NCBI GenBank assembly: GCA_002269645.1
Contig: NIVC01001797.1
Coordinates: 62,001-126,000, forward strand
Length of the DNA stretch: 64,000 bases
Origin: Macrostomum lignano
Lineage: Eukaryota
Reading direction: 5' to 3'
Shown: positions 61,511-64,000 of the stretch, one piece after another
How positions within the stretch are numbered: the first letter of the stretch is position 1
How the letters are laid out: the number at the start of each line of letters is the position of its first letter
Program-made: the position numbers and the translations under genes
Notes under the pieces: model-generated
Seen by the model: the letters and a program-made list of their open reading frames with translations, nothing else
Database searches by the model: none
What the model was told of the DNA's origin: nothing

Positions 61511-62096
61511 TGAACACAGTAGACTAAGCACAGTATAGCGGCACCGAATCGGCAAAAGTGTGATGCAGCCATTTTCAATCCCACCTGGGTTCGGGAGGAT
61601 AGGTATACCTGGGTGCAGCGGCAAGATGAAAGCTCATGCACTGGTGCACCCACCACACCGAACTTTTGACACCGAGTGCAACTTTAAACTGTGCTATCGT
61701 TCGCGCCCAAATCCGCTTGTAGCTTTTTGTCTTCCGGGGGTATTCAGGCTGCGAGGGCAATTGCAGAAAATATTTAACGAACTGAAAACAGCTGAGGTTT
61801 TGGGGAGGATGACGCGACCTTTTCACCGTTGCTGGCCCAGCTAAAATGCTTAAAGCTTTATTGTCTGGGCCGCTGGCCCATCGTTTCAAACAAAGTAGCA
61901 GCTTACAGCGAGGTGCGGCGAATGAAATTTTATTGTTTCACCGCTCCAGATGTGAGCCGCGGTTTATTGGCCAGCCACCCTGCGGCTCGCTTTCAAATCC
62001 TCTTTTATCGTAGAAACAGTTCGACGGGAAGCTGGCAGCTTTGGGGGACTGCCGGGTCTGTCTGCGGTTTCTATGCATCTTTTTACTGTTGCATGC

Positions 62097-62838
62097 CCCA
62101 CACTGCTGGCCTGTCCCATCTGTCCCACACTGCTGGCCTGTCCCATCTGTCCCACACTGCTGGCCTGTCCCACACTGCTGGCCTGTCCCACACTGCTGGC
62201 CTGTCCCATCTGCCCCACACTGCTGGCCTGTCCCACACTGCTGGCCTGTCCCACACTGCTGGCCTGTCCCACACTGCTGGCCTGTCCCACACTGCTGGCC
62301 TGTCCCACACTGCTGGCCTGTCCCATCTGCTCCACACTGCTGGCCTGTCCCACACTGCTGGCCTGTCCCATCTGTCCCACACTGCTGGCCTGTCCCACAC
62401 TGCTGGCCTGTCCCACACTGCTGGCCTGTCCCATCTGCCCCACACTGCTGGCCTGTCCCACACTGCTGGCCTGTCCCATCTGTCCCACACTGCTGGCCTG
62501 TCCCATCTGCCCCACACTGCTGGCCTGTCCACACTGCTGGCCTGTCCCATCTGTCCCACACTGCTGGCCTGTCCCACACTGCTGGCCTGTCCCACACTGC
62601 TGGCCTGTCCCACACTGCTGGCCTGTCCCACACTGCTGGCCTGTCCCATCTGCCCCACACTGCTGGCCTGTCCCATCTGCTCCACACTGCTGGCCTGTCC
62701 CACACTGCTGGCCTGTCCCATCTGCCCCACACTGCTGGCCTGTCCCACACTGCTGGCCTGTCCCATCTGCCCCACACTGCTGGCCTGTCCCACACTGCTG
62801 GCCTGTCTCATCTGTCCCACACTGCTGGCCTGTCCCAT
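62097..62838. repeat. Modular array of the 18-mer CACACTGCTGGCCTGTCC with an optional 9-mer CATCTG(T/C)CC
   Basis: Directly visible. Confidence 0.96.
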
Positions 62839-63319
62839 AAAATCCCCAATCCCCTCTGGAATACGAGAGAATTATTGTTAAAAATGCTTGGAAATAAAAA
62901 ATAATGCATGGAGAAAATATTGGAGGATAAAAGGGAGAATGCGAGTGGGGATACTCGTGCAGTTATGCTCAGCTGGTGCTCAGCGCAGTGAAACAGGCGG
63001 CTGCAGCAGAGGGGATGGGGGCGGCCCAGCATTATACGGGCACCAGCTAAATCCCGCAGCCAGCCGTATCCGCCACTCAAATCCCTTCAGTTTTCTCCTC
63101 AGCTGGAGTCGATAAGGGCCAGGCCGCGGAGGAGATGGAGACGCCATGCTGGGGGGGGGGGTACAGAGTTGCTATGCGGGCTTTGGGAGGCGAATATTAC
63201 GGCTAGAATTTGCTTCCAAGACTCGCCCATAATCTCGCCACAGGATTGGCGGTCTGACAGGGCGGTGAGGGCTGCTCCCGGTGCCCTGGGCCTGAGATCT
63301 GGTCTCAAGGCTATCTCTG

Positions 63320-63893
63320 AGGTGGCTAAGGATCCCTCAGTAGCTCTGTGGGGTGGCTAAGGATCTGTCTGTAGCTCTGTGGGGTGGCTAAGGATCTGTC
63401 TGTAGCTCTGTGAGGGGGCTAAGGATCTGTCTGTAGCTCTGTGGGGTGGCTAAGGATCTGTCTGTAGCTCTGTGGAGTGGGCTAAGGATCTGTCTGTAGC
63501 TCTGTGAGGGGGCTAAGGATCTGTCTGTAGCTCTGTGGGGTGGCTAAGGATCTGTCTGTAGCTCTGTGAGGGGGCTAAGGATCTGTCTGTAGCTCTGTGG
63601 GGTGGCTAAGGATCTGTCTGTAGCTCTGTGGGGTGGCTAAGGATCTGTCTGTAGCTCTGTGGGGTGGCTAAGGATCTGTCTGTAGCTCTGTGGGGTGGCT
63701 AAGGATCTGTCTGTAGCTCTGTGGGGTGGCTAAGGATCTGTCTGTAGCTCTGTGGGGGGCTAAGGATCTGTCTGTAGCTCTGTGGGGGGGGGCTAAGGAT
63801 CTGTCTGTAGCTGTGTGGGGTGGCTAAGGGTCTGTCCGCAGCTCTGTGGGGTGGCTAAGGATCTGTCAACAGTTCTGTGGGGTGGCTAAGGAT
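63320..63893. repeat. 31-bp minisatellite GTGGCTAAGGATCTGTCTGTAGCTCTGTGGG
   Basis: Period 31 measured at 63361/63392. Confidence 0.96.
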
Positions 63894-64000
63894 CCAAAAC
63901 TCGAGATTCAAAACCCCCATAGCTACCATTGCGAATCCACAGAAAAGTGAGCCAAGAAACTCGGCTTCTCAGATCGCATTGGCGAGGCTGTCAGGCACCG

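Noticed and set aside
60952-62904. Long repeat ORFs (HTAGLS, CPTLLA, PHCWPV, GQASSV, SLSVHL)
   Set aside because: All frames are open across the arrays, so these are repeat translations.
61748-64000. Exon-like + strand segments (61748-61796, about 61950-62053, about 63170-63320, >63940)
   Set aside because: Acceptors are plausible but donors are weak and the peptides are unrecognised. A gene may exist here but it cannot be supported from sequence alone.

Overview
Eukaryotic (animal) genomic DNA with GC/Ala-rich spliced exons in AT-rich introns packed with minisatellites. The style suggests a free-living flatworm such as Macrostomum, but this is inference only. Five host genes can be reconstructed on the + strand with phase-compatible GT-AG junctions: a C3orf84/CIMIP7-like ciliary protein (5'-partial), INTS12, an NPY/NPF-family GPCR, a DEG/ENaC channel and a divergent Nuclear Factor I. 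Mobile DNA includes an RTE-like RT with an intact ORF inserted into a 30-bp minisatellite. There is a nested complex in which a Gypsy LTR element (5-bp TSD GTATC, PBS, PPT) splits one Crypton-type tyrosine recombinase gene and contains a second, intron-bearing one. Also present are a Penelope-like 3' end with 418-bp inverted arms and hammerhead ribozymes, a second unrelated hammerhead, a decayed mariner and several MITEs. About 25 tandem arrays generate most of the long ORFs in the ORF track, and these are largely spurious. There are no prokaryotic features and no CRISPR array. All family assignments are from recalled motifs, not database searches.
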